From: Ramazzottius varieornatus
Lineage: Eukaryota; Animalia; Tardigrada
Assembly: GCA_001949185.1 (NCBI GenBank)
Contig: BDGG01000007.1
Coordinates: forward strand, 747,802-811,801
Length of the DNA: 64,000 nt
Direction: 5' to 3'
Part shown: in pieces, positions 40,482 to 52,275 of the stretch
Position numbering within the stretch: the stretch's first letter is position 1
How the letters are laid out: every line of letters starts with the position of its first letter
Made by a program: the position numbers and the translations under genes
The notes under the pieces: generated by a model
The model's input: only the letters and a program-made list of their open reading frames with translations
What the model was told of the DNA's origin: nothing
Database searches by the model: none

Positions 40482-43400
40482 TAGCTAAACATACAGTCCG
40501 GTTAAGGAGAGACCGGGTCGAAAGCAGGGTTTCTGAGCACGAGTTCGGACTATCTACTAGTGCTGATAAAATCTACTAGTGCACAAACCAGCCCAATTTC
40601 GAAATTTGGCGAAGATGGCATGCACGGAAGTACCGCAGTGGTAGCAATGTAAATTACACTGGTAACGTAAAAACAGTCACATTGATTGATTGTCGACCAC
40701 CTCGATATTATTCGCATCGCACTGCGGTCACAACTTACGAGACATAGGACCTTATTTGATGATTTCGCTTTCAGGCAGCCATACGTTCATGACAGAGCAG
40801 TCTCGCTGACTTGTCCACAAGAAAGAGCTCCAGGTACAGAAGAGAGATCAGTCTCGCATATGCATTATTTGGGAAGTGAAGCTCCGCCCAGAAAACCCAT
40901 TCGAAATTGTAGGGATAATTTCCACCGTACTGGAGTTCTGCTGGCCCATGGTCACCAACTGCGTTTTGGTAATAAGACCTCAGACCAGTCAAAGAGAAAT
41001 GCAGTTCGGGTACAACGGTAATTGTGGGGGAAGCAAAAATGTTTCTGTGCTCACAATGAGCATGGTGGTAATTAGAGTTTCAACAGAGAAGTTACGTGAG
41101 CCTTTGACTGAAACTGATCTCTTCTTGTTTCATTCCCAACAAAAATCTCGCTTTTGCGCAATAACTTCAGTTTGTTTGGGATAATATACAAACCCTTGAC
41201 CGTACTCTGAGCTAGTTTAATTTAGAGCCGGATAAACGTGAAGTCCACAAAGTTTCTACGAAGGATACGGACGAAGCGGTCGAAAAGACCGGTTATAAAC
41301 TGCTGTTCACATTTCGAACTCGTAGTTCCTGCCCGAAACGTAATTCAGCAATCAGCATGTAGAAAATTAATTGTTCTGCCGTATCTACGCAAAAAAAAGC
41401 TAGAATTCTGACAATACTGAGTCTCGAACTCATGATCTCTGCCGAATCGCGATTATTCGGGTTATTCGGTGTATTTGCGTGTATGCAAAATGCTCGGCAT
41501 CAACCGCAGGGTTCCATCAAACCCAGATTTGTTTCTGCTTTGGGCAGACACATCTCCGCTCTGAGTATTCCTGCCGCACGGTGACCGATCACGAAAGAAC
41601 TGTTGAAGGCAAGCACGACAGGGTGCAAGACGAAGTCAGAAAACTATTTTCCGTATCTCATGGTTTCTTATAAACCTCTACTTGGATATCGGCCAAAGAG
41701 TCGTTTGTTTTTTCCGTAATTAGAGAAGTTGCACTTTGCACAGATGGTTTGAATAAACGAGAACTAATTGATTTTAAAAATCGAAGTTTATAAAAGCATT
41801 CGCTAGAAGCTTTGAGAAGTTGCACAACGCGGGCGAGTTTGAGAAAAACGATGAGACAAACGACCGCTGCTGGTCATGTTGGTTTGTCCGGCAGTAATTA
41901 GCCCACCAAGTTGAAAGAGCCGGTTCAAATGCAAATCTGCTTGACTGATTGTCCGGAGTGGAGGCCCTGTGTTGCCCGGGAACCGATTACGCTTCCCAGT
42001 GCTTCGGGCCAGCCAAGGCATTACTGACGGCAATTCGTTCATGTTTGAAGTCTACGGGTGATTTTCTTCGTGATTCAGGAACGAAGGCCCCCTTCGTCAC
42101 CGTGTCCGTGAAACATCGTACGAGCAGAATTTGTAAGGTTAGTGATTGAATTTGGATTGAGACGACTGTCCTCTTCGAGCAAAGGCTTTCCGATATCAAA
42201 CCAGACGCTGCATGAACAGAGGAATATTTATCTGACAACCTGGTAATGGCTCCGCATGCAACCTTCCTCAAATTTCCGCACTATCAAAGTGCGTACTACC
42301 ATTTGCCACCCTACTGTTTGCCCCTGATTTGAATCTGGACATTGACCATGCGCATGTTTTCATATCGGTTAATCCACTTTTCAAACTGAACCAATGGCAA
42401 AACAGCGCAGCAACCGGCTCGCCGCCAAGGCCCCGGAGCGAAGAGGTTCACTCCTAGCGTGCCCGGCGCCATTACGGCAGATGATGCCACAGCCATGGCA
42501 ATTTCGCGCTAAACCAAACTACAAAAAGTGTAGCGAGTTCCGCACAACCACAGTGCAACAAATCCTACCATCGTTTTGGATTCTGACCGACTGTGACTGT
42601 CCCGTATTTCGTCATCGAGCATGTCAACCGACTGAGATCAATTGTTGAAATTTCAAAAGTAGTGCGGAATCTAAAAGTGGTAGTATGCGGAGTATTTTGG
42701 TAGCGTCGGTAGTATGCGGAGCTATTATCCATTTTTGTATGAGGCCGTCCGCGACCGACTTTCCCATTGCGCGAAATTTCAAATTGTTCAGGAAACGGTT
42801 TTTTCGTGTGGGGTGTCGAGGGTCGGCTGATGCTACTTTGTATAACCTTCAATGGAAAATGTTTTGGTGCAAGCAGTATAGCTGTCGGACGCGTGGTACT
42901 TGAAACATGATTTTTTAGTTTGAGGGTGCGAGGTACCGATATCAGCGAAACGCTGGGACGTGTTGAAGACTACCGTGTTTTGTTTAGCAAAGCATCTTAC
43001 GCTCGTATAGTGATCAAAATACATCCCTTTCGGTGGCCACGTGACATTGGTTATCCTTGATTGCTGTAGCAAGACCACCTGATCGCCGGATGGGACGCAT
43101 TTTCTACCATTGCCGAAGTATTGTTGTAAAAGTGGCAAATCAATCAATCGACAGTCCGGGCGGGGTCGAGGCGTCATTCTCGATGCGTGTTATGGGTTTC
43201 TGATTCTCTCTCTGACTAAAGCCAAGGTCATCACCAAGCGTCAATGAGACATACCTTCCTCGATACTGGAAGTCAATCTCGCCCCATTTTAACTGGTTTA
43301 GGTCAGTGGGCAGTGCTAGATCTGAGCAACCAGTCCCCAGTTTCCGACTGGCCACACTTTGGGAACATGATGAACAGTGCACCACCTATTAACTCGAAAC

Positions 43401-46400
43401 GGTCGATGTCCATAATTGTTTTGCTGACCACCTATGCAGATCTTTTTTGAATCGAAAATTTAAAAGAAGTAAATCTTTCTCGTCTCACGGACTTCTTGAA
43501 AACTGTTTGTGAGATGAAAGAAATCATTTCGGACTCCGTACTTTCCTTGTATGCGCATAAGAGAATCTATAAAGACATCAAGTTGTTGGTTTTCACGAGG
43601 GACATCTGGTCAGTTACGGTCAGTTTTGGTCAGCGATAGGCAATGACGAACCAGTGGTCACCCTTACTTCTCACCACTTACCCAATAGCGAGGGAAAAAC
43701 TCACGCCTGGACTACGGCGGGAATGCCGGGAATATTCCCAACCAAATGAGTCTAGAATTATAGTAGTGTCAAAGGAGTGCTGCTTCCTGCAGCTTCCGGT
43801 CGCACTCTCATGCCATCTGTCGGGTTCCAGAGTGGCGTACGTGTTCCAGCTCGTACGGCGTCATGTCTTGCAAAGAGATTCAGCTTCACAGCTGATCTCG
43901 CGTGAAAGGCCTGATGCCAATAGCCTTCCGAACTGTAGTTGCATTTGTTCGCGGTTTAGAGCCGGTTGTTTTCGCGAGACTTCCGTGTTCATACGGACTG
44001 AGACAACTCCCGTAATATTGATCCTTCCCTATCAGTGTTGCGGGTCCCTTATTTTAGATTCAGATACAGGTTTCGAGCATTTGGTTAATCTATGAGGGGT
44101 TAGGGATCTTCTCACCGGATGCGCCTTGATTGACGACAGTGGATCATCGTTTGGCTGGACTTCGGTGAGTCGTGTGTCTCTTCTTGCGCCTCCTCCTCTT
44201 CATCTTTTCTTTCAGGGATTGTAGCCAGGGCATGTCAGGCAATACTGAACCTGACTTGAGAGATCGATAGCTTCTCGCAGGGTGTTGCGGTGACTCCGTT
44301 AACAGTAGTGGGAAAATCCCACCCAAAAATTAGGACTGGGAACGTCTGCCTAAGAAGACCGGGAACGCTGAATTGGGCGGGAATTACACTTAACACTATT
44401 TATACAAATTAAAGAATGCGCCGCGGATCACGAGTGGATCCACCGGCCTCCAGGTCTCAAGAATGTCGTTCCGGGGCTGCAGCAGCGTTTGTTGGCGTGA
44501 CCATCATTTTTGTTTTTTCGCGCTGATTCATGCCAGATGACGTGGCGTTCTCCTACCTCGCTAGATAACTTGATTGTCGATTGTGTTCAGTTAGCGCAAG
44601 ACGCTCACTGAGCAGTTATCACGCAGAAATGTGGGGCGATGTTTCCGTCTTTCGCAGCGCACTTCGATCACGCACGGGAAGATGGACCAACAAGTTTGCA
44701 GTACGACTTCCTTGAGTTCCTTCCTTAACCCCGGCACTTCCAGATACCGGTGGAGGCTACCCCAATAGTCCGAAGCCGGAATAGGAAGTTTCGAAATATA
44801 CAGAGATCCAGCTTGTTTCAGATTCCTGTTTAATCGCAATGTCAGTGACAACAAATTTGACCAGCACCTCGGGCTTGGATGGAGACTGGCGTCAAAATAC
44901 TCATCTCACCAGGTTTGATATAAAACATAAAAGTACAGGTGTGTAACTGTAACATGGGGCACAGCGAAATGTAACTAACGTATGAGACCGGATGGACGCC
45001 ATCCCTGTTTGGCCACAACTTTCAGCTTCCTAACTGCGCGCGACTACTTTCCACGTTTAGAGTTATTGCGGCGTGTGTTTTGGTTTGTGCTGCCATATGG
45101 AGCTTCAAAGCAAGCGTTCCGAGCAAAAACCGTGCAGTAATCAACACGGTTCAAAGTCCACTGATAAAGTTATCCGCCCTTCACAAAAAAATTCATATCT
45201 CGGTCCTCTTCCATCCTGATCAGCCTGAGCTTTGGAACGAAAGAAGCGCCAATGAGCAATACAGAAGGCTGCGTCAGCCGTTGCAAACCGACCCAAACAG
45301 CCCCAGATGAAAAAACCCATTCATTCCTGAACATTTTGTCGGCTGACCAAAGTAGCAAGTCCGAAATAAGTTTCTTTAGATGTTCAGTAGATGTACCAGG
45401 CTGTGTTGTATTTTCGATCGCATTCGCTTCGCGATTGAGTTCTTCCAGCTCTCACAAGGCAAATTTTATCGTTTGGACTCGTGTCTGAGTTTCGAACCGG
45501 ATAACTTTGGCAGCCAATGTTTCGAAAAGAGAACTTGATGGTGCTTTTGGAAGAGCGACCATCGACGAGAATGAGATGCCCTGTTTCAGTTCGCTCTCGT
45601 TTGAAGGTCGAATTCTGTGGTTAGAATGCCCTCCAAAGTCCACCACCATCACGAGGGCAGAAGAGTTCCACCCTAAGATTCGGACGGAAACCCATGGCTG
45701 ACGATTTTCGAGTCCACAACGAAGAGGAGGAAAGGAAGTACAGCGGAACAGGCGACGAATTACGGGTGGAAGGCTTCAGATAGGTTTTCGTTCAGGGTTT
45801 GTGGTTTGGCGCACCTGATGTAATTTCGAAAGTTGGCTTGTCTCTGTCACGATCTCTAGGTAGCAATCAATCGACCACTGAAGAGCTGGTTGTGTTGGTT
45901 CTGAATTTGTCCAATTCCATGTACAGAGTGTTCATGAAGTCTCAAATTTCTTGCTACCGAGTCGAAAGGCTATCACCTACACGGTGGCGGTTCCTTGTTC
46001 AATAAAGGTGAATCTATCTAACCGGGGACTTCAGCGCCTGGGGCGAGAAGTACTGCGTTCTCTCGCAGTCGCATGACAGGCCCATGAGAGTTTTCCTGGG
46101 ACTTGTTAGCTAAATCACGATCACTGGCGGCTTAATTTATGAGCCTGTCATGTGACTGCGCTGAACTTTCGAGGAAATGCAGTATTTTACCCGAGCAACA
46201 GAACCGATACAGCAATCGGCAAGCCACGTGGTTAGAATGCGTTCATTTATTGCTGTGTTGAACCAGTGTTGTACTCAGTCTCGGGCATGAATTCCGTCCT
46301 TTCAATCTACCAGCTGGTCCACTGACACTGAATGGTAAAAACTAGCTTTTGTAACTCAGTTTTTATATCAGTCCTCGATATCAGTCTTCAGTTGACTTGT

Positions 46401-46789
46401 GTTGCTTGCTTGATCTTTAAGTATGTAAATTTTTCCCAGACTGAATACCACACTGTATTTAACAAGGCTGAAAAATCGAAGCCGGAATCACTCCTTTTCG
46501 GGCATACCAGGAGGAGCACTCGTATCAATGTTGAAGAGTTCCGTGAAGCGAGCGACCAATACTGAATTAGTCTTCAAAGTACCGGATGCAGATGTGAAAA
46601 TTTCCCTGAAATCAGTTTACCGTTGACCACAGAACGGTGGCCCTTCTCTTAACTTGTCTGTTGCTCCACCAACACCCCGCGGGATCATTGTGACTATGCA
46701 CTCGGTGAGGTAACCCGCTGCTGATCTGTCCGTACTGTTTTGGTGTTAAGTAGGTTGCCTAACTTTGCGCTGACCGTCGACAGGAAGTA

Positions 46790-48456
46790 CACTGAGCTCC
46801 ATGATTATCTGTCCACCCCCATTTTTGTTCAAAAATTCACAACTTATTTTGCACTAACCCGATTTCGATATTTTGAACGTCTCTTCAGAGATCAGTGTTT
46901 GATCTTTACGACGACGTGACTCCCGTATGAATCAATCAGCAATTCAACTGGCAGTATCATCCCTACGAACACCTAAAACTGCCTTGTTTTCGGCTCCGAG
47001 CTGCGAGTGCTAGCCCGCAGATAGCACGTCATGCTTGTTACTGTTATGTAACCCCAACATCAAGCTTTCAAGTTAGCCCATGTGAGAAAATTTTGCAGAT
47101 ATGCAGAAACAGCTGTGTTGTCGTGTCAACCAGGAAGTATTCTCGGTTATTTTCGGTGGTGCATATTCAAGACGCCTTGTCTTGGACATTCTTGCTGCCA
47201 AGTTACGTTCAAACGGTGAAACTTTTCATAAAGATAATNNNNNNNNNNNNNNNNNNNNNNNNNNNNNNNNNNNNNNNNNNNNNNNNNNNNNNNNNNNNNN
47301 NNNNNNNNNNNNNNNNNNNNNNNNNNNNNNNNNNNNNNNNNNNNNNNNNNNNNNNNNNNNNNNNNNNNNNNNNNNNNNNNNNNNNNNNNNNNNNNNNNNN
47401 NNNNNNNNNNNNNNNNNNNNNNNNNNNNNNNNNNNNNNNNNNNNNNNNNNNNNNNNNNNNNNNNNNNNNNNNNNNNNNNNNNNNNNNNNNNNNNNNNNNN
47501 NNNNNNNNNNNNNNNNNNNNNNNNNNNNNNNNNNNNNNNNNNNNNNNNNNNNNNNNNNNNNNNNNNNNNNNNNNNNNNNNNNNNNNNNNNNNNNNNNNNN
47601 NNNNNNNNNNNNNNNNNNNNNNNNNNNNNNNNNNNNNNNNNNNNNNNNNNNNNNNNNNNNNNNNNNNNNNNNNNNNNNNNNNNNNNNNNNNNNNNNNNNN
47701 NNNNNNNNNNNNNNNNNNNNNNNNNNNNNNNNNNNNNNNNNNNNNNNNNNNNNNNNNNNNNNNNNNNNNNNNNNNNNNNNNNNNNNNNNNNNNNNNNNNN
47801 NNNNNNNNNNNNNNNNNNNNNNNNNNNNNNNNNNNNNNNNNNNNNNNNNNNNNNNNNNNNNNNNNNNNNNNNNNNNNNNNNNNNNNNNNNNNNNNNNNNN
47901 NNNNNNNNNNNNNNNNNNNNNNNNNNNNNNNNNNNNNNNNNNNNNNNNNNNNNNNNNNNNNNNNNNNNNNNNNNNNNNNNNNNNNNNNNNNNNNNNNNNN
48001 NNNNNNNNNNNNNNNNNNNNNNNNNNNNNNNNNNNNNNNNNNNNNNNNNNNNNNNNNNNNNNNNNNNNNNNNNNNNNNNNNNNNNNNNNNNNNNNNNNNN
48101 NNNNNNNNNNNNNNNNNNNNNNNNNNNNNNNNNNNNNNNNNNNNNCCGCAGAGTTTCAAAAGTTTCTCACATGGGCTTACTTGAAAGCTTAATGTTGGGG
48201 CTATATAATAGTAACAAGCATGATGTGCTATCTGCTGGCTAGCACCCGCAACTCGGAGCCGAAAAAAGGCAGGTGTTGGTAGGGATGATACTGCCAGTTG
48301 ATTTGCTGATTGTTTTGTACGGAAGTCACGTCGTCGTAAAGGTCAAACACTAATCTCTAAAAAGACGTTCAAAATATTGAAATCGGGTTAGTGCGAAATA
48401 AGTTATAAAGTTTTGAAACGAAGATGGGGGTGGACAGATAAATATAGGACTCAGTG
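46790..48456. mobile_element. Tc1/mariner-like element with about 300-bp TIRs spanning the N gap
   Basis: TA-CACTGAG.TCC..TTATCTGTCCACCCCCAT... / ...ATGGGGGTGGACAGATAA..GGACTCAGTG-TA; inverted homology 46790-47100 vs 48146-48456. Confidence 0.85.
47239..48145. other. Assembly gap (about 907 N)
   Basis: Run of N; the X-filled ORFs here are artefacts. Confidence 1.
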
Positions 48457-48527
48457 TAAGCTAATGGTAACACTACAATATGCCCGATTTGTTTGAGCAC
48501 GTACTTCGCCCTGCCTTCTCAACGAGG

Positions 48528-48684
48528 GTACACGTACTTTGCCCAGTTATGGCATGGACAATATTATGAGCACCGGCCGAAGTGGTCGCACTTCGAGTGA
48601 TTAACTGGTTTTGGCTGAGCACTGCCGCTTTCGGCCGATGCCCAAAAAATTTTCCATGCCCATAATTAGGGAAAGTACGTGTAC
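48528..48684. mobile_element. Short MITE related to the CACG/TA family
   Basis: GTACACGTACTTTGCCCAGTTATGG.CATGG ... CCATGCCCATAATTAGGGAAAGTACGTGTAC. Confidence 0.65.
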
Positions 48685-49112
48685 AGGTAATCAGCGATGC
48701 CAGATACGGCTAGAATTCTGTGATCCTGATTTTGCAGTCAATTACGGAGCGCCTGACGGTTTCATATTACCCCATGACCCATTCGGGGCGAGTAACTGGT
48801 ATAATGACAAATTACGCAGACTAGTCATTGGGTAGTATGAAGCCGTCCGCCAGCCTATAACTGACTGTAAAAAAGATCACAGAAGTGTAGCCGTATCCGG
48901 CGTCGCTGTAGGTAATGACATGTTTCCAATTACATGTGTTCGACTGTGGAGGGCAGGACCAGGCGGCTTCTTTGTGCTTGAAGACTCGAAACCTTGGCAG
49001 CTCAGCCGAGAAAAAATTCTTTCTACTAGATGTTCCATGGTGCCTGATCAAGACAGACATGTTCCCTACGCTGTAACCGCTGTGTTCTTCAGTGTGTGCA
49101 GCCTGAAATAAG

Positions 49113-52110
49113 ATGTCTGCCACCCACGTTCTGCTATCCGCGTGGTCAGTAGCTTTTATCACATTGTTATCACTCGACGGCACAGCCACAGAGTCGAGGT
49201 CGCAGTTTTCAAGACTGAACATCACAGTGGGGATTTACGGTATTAGTGAACCATATATTCTTTCCTCGTTGCCGTACGTCCTGCCAGGATTTCTGGGTGG
49301 GCTAGACTACATCGGGCCTCGATATAACTTCCAAATCAGCGCCACCGTCCTCTCTGGGCGCCATACCGTCATGGTCCGAGATTGTATCGAGCTGGCGCAA
49401 TACCTGTATTTGGTGCCACAGTTTTACTACAGCAGACCGAGAGATGGTTCCCTCTTCCTGTTATTGCACACCGGATGTAACGAAATCTATGACCTTTCCG
49501 CAATGAGTTTAGGTAGGTCTCAAGCGTCTTTCTCACCTACACTTCTTTAAATACCCCAACTCTCAGCTCGAAGCACACCAAATTTTTAGAATGGAACACT
49601 CTGGTTCTCAGCAGGTAAGCCTGACTTCGTTGTAAAAGCTGCAGAGGCTTTCTCCACCCGACACTCGTGTGCTAATGTTGAGCCTTACGTGTGATTCCTG
49701 CAGTGCAGGACCGAACACCTCCGGCCTGAGTTCCCTGCTGAGACTGTTCCACAACCTGATATCGTCGTCTGTGGTCGACTTCACGCAGATGATCATAGTG
49801 CTGCAAGAACTGCTAAGATACTTCTCGTGGTCAACAATAGCGATTGTAAGGGACAAAGATACGCTTTATTATTCTCTCGTGGACGTAATGACGTCGCTCA
49901 ACGAGAACGCAAAAGACAAACTGACCATTACGGTCTACAATCTGCACAACATTACGAGCATGAACGACGGACTGCTCTTAACAGAAATCAAGAACCATGC
50001 AAGAAGTAAGATTGATGCGTCTGACACGCACTCTGATGCAAGCTCTAGGAACAGTACACGTGCACAACAGAACACTGCGGCGGTGTCAGAGTGAAGCAAT
50101 ACCACCATTGATACTACCTCTAGTGTATTCACTGCAATACAGGCTTTTGTGCAGGGACGTTGGTACACTGGTGAATTTCATGCTAACAATCAAACGTGAA
50201 GTAACACGCTGATTTTCAATGCAGTAGTATTGTTCACTCTGCTACGAGCGTTAGTGAGTGGGGCGGCGTTTTCGTACATCTCCTTCAGTCAGGGATCAGA
50301 CCGTTGTTCGGTCATTCTGATATTATGGTGATGTACATCTGGAGGACTAGTAATGAATAGGTGCACGCACCGGAGCTAAATGTGGGCATGGACAAAACTG
50401 TGGGTCATGGAGCGAAAGCGGCGCTGCTCTAATTGATTTAATTGATTGGTCGGCTTCAGCTGACCCGTGCCGCTTTCGCTCCGAGGCCCACAGTTTTGTC
50501 CATGCCCACATTTAGGCCAGGTGCCTGTACAGGCTGTGTTACTAGGATCGGAAACCAGATAATGCCCGATGCTTACAGTTATCCTTCTGCTAATGAATGC
50601 CGCAACAGTTCGCGGCTTCCTGGTAAGCCATATGGTATGAAGTATTCGTGGCCCACTTTAAGTCTGACTTGTTTCCTTATTACATATAGAGCAAAGCACA
50701 CAACGCTTCTATGACAAACGGAGAATACGCAAGTACCCTAACTATTTGATGCCCCAAGTACACCAACGTCACCTGTTCGACCCAAGTCCTGACTGATATT
50801 TCGGTCCACAATACTGCACAAAGCGCTTGGGTGATGAAACTAGATAACAGCCAATAAACCGCTCGAAACTTAGGTCGGGCTGTTGTGGCGTTGTTTTGAT
50901 GTCAATGTATCTGCCAAGTGTAAAATTTTGACTACTAATAAGTAGGTGTATATATTCATGGAACCATACTACAACGAAAGACGATACGGAAAACTAGCCT
51001 GGAACATAAATCAAGCCGATGACCTGGTAAGTTCAATGGTACTGTAACTTACATGATAGTTCAGTTGACGACCACGCGGTGTTACAGGACGTGAAAGAAG
51101 GCTTTCGGTCGCTGCTTTTTGTCACATCCACGTGTCATGGAAGGCACACAGGCAACAAAGCACTGATGAATAAGTTCAAGAACGAGAGCATCGTGAATTA
51201 CGGCGGAGTATACTGGGAACGTGAGGAAGTAAGGTTACTCGTAGCACTCGACCGTACCAGATTAAACGGAAGATTTCATACTCCAATAATTTTCGCGCTC
51301 TTTCGCAGCCCATCAATGCGTTCTTCATGTACAAGCTGGTGAAGTTAGTAGGGCAAATTCTGGACGGGGCTTTACAAGCTGGCATGAACGTTCATGACGG
51401 GTACAGCGTTGCCGACCTGTTTCGCGAACGCACGTTCACGGTGGAGCGAAGTCCCATGAGGACGGACAAATATAACAGAGTATTGTTCGATTACTGCGTC
51501 AAAGACTTCAATTTCGAGCATGGAACATGGAATACGGTCTGTGGTCGTTGTGTCCGAGTATCGCGGAAGGATTAGTCGTATGTTGATCTCCTTACAGAAC
51601 GTCCTAAGCTATGACGCAAAAGAACAGCGGATTTTTTCTGTGAACGGGACAATAATCGACTGGAACAATGCAGAGAATCGTCCTCCAGTTAACGAGCCAT
51701 ACTGTGGTTTTGCCGAAACTCGTCCGGTTTGCGAGTGTAAGTCTCGGCGTTTACACCAGATAGACTGAGTTGGTATATCTTATGGCATTTCCGATCCCTT
51801 TTTAGACAACCGGTTAAAGTTCTCGCTAGCATCGAGTGCGTGGCACTGGACATTAGGTGTGCTTGTGCTGTTAATTATAGTTGCAGCCGCGGTCTTGCGC
51901 TATCGACATTTGGCCCCAAGGTGATCGCCGTTGCTTACGAGTTCGTTTCCAGACACACCGTAGTCTGTGCACACCCTCTGCATAGTATAGACCATCCCAG
52001 TTTTTCAACAATCCCAATTTTTCAGACAATCGGAAGGACTGTGGTGGTTAGCTACCATCGAATATTCCGACATTCACGAAGTGAAACTTGGACGATCAAG
52101 CTCGTTTTAG
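49113..52110 (+). CDS. Cyclase-less ANF-receptor-like single-pass receptor (subfamily B)
   Basis: Signal peptide, RLNITVGIYG..LPYVLPGFLGG, EWNTLVLS micro-exon, LLRYFSWSTIAIV, GFRSLLFV, DGYSVADLFRERTF, RPPVNEPYCGFAE, TM WTLGVLVLLIIVAAAVL, last exon QSEGLWWLATIEYSDIHEVKLGRSSSF*. Confidence 0.78.
50361..50530. mobile_element. Intronic hairpin MITE related to the CACGCAC family
   Basis: CTAAATGTGGGCATGGACAAAACTGTGGG and its exact reverse complement, within termini GTGCACGCACC / GGTGCCTGTAC. Confidence 0.75.
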
Positions 52111-52275
52111 TACAGGGGACAAAGGGGTTGACTGAAAATTTGTCTAGCGGTATTTTCGAGATATATTTGCACTTCAAATAACGGGTACCAAATCAGATAC
52201 AGAAGTCAGTTTGATGGAAAAACCGTATTTTACTCTGTATCGTGAATTCCTCTTGAGTCCACTCGGATACTTCAC

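Noticed and set aside
40600-46600. Possible decayed gene or retroelement (several 60-150 aa ORFs)
   Set aside because: No domain could be recognised by eye; it needs a homology search.
47093-48192. Three long ORFs of 316-363 aa
   Set aside because: They consist almost entirely of X from the N gap.
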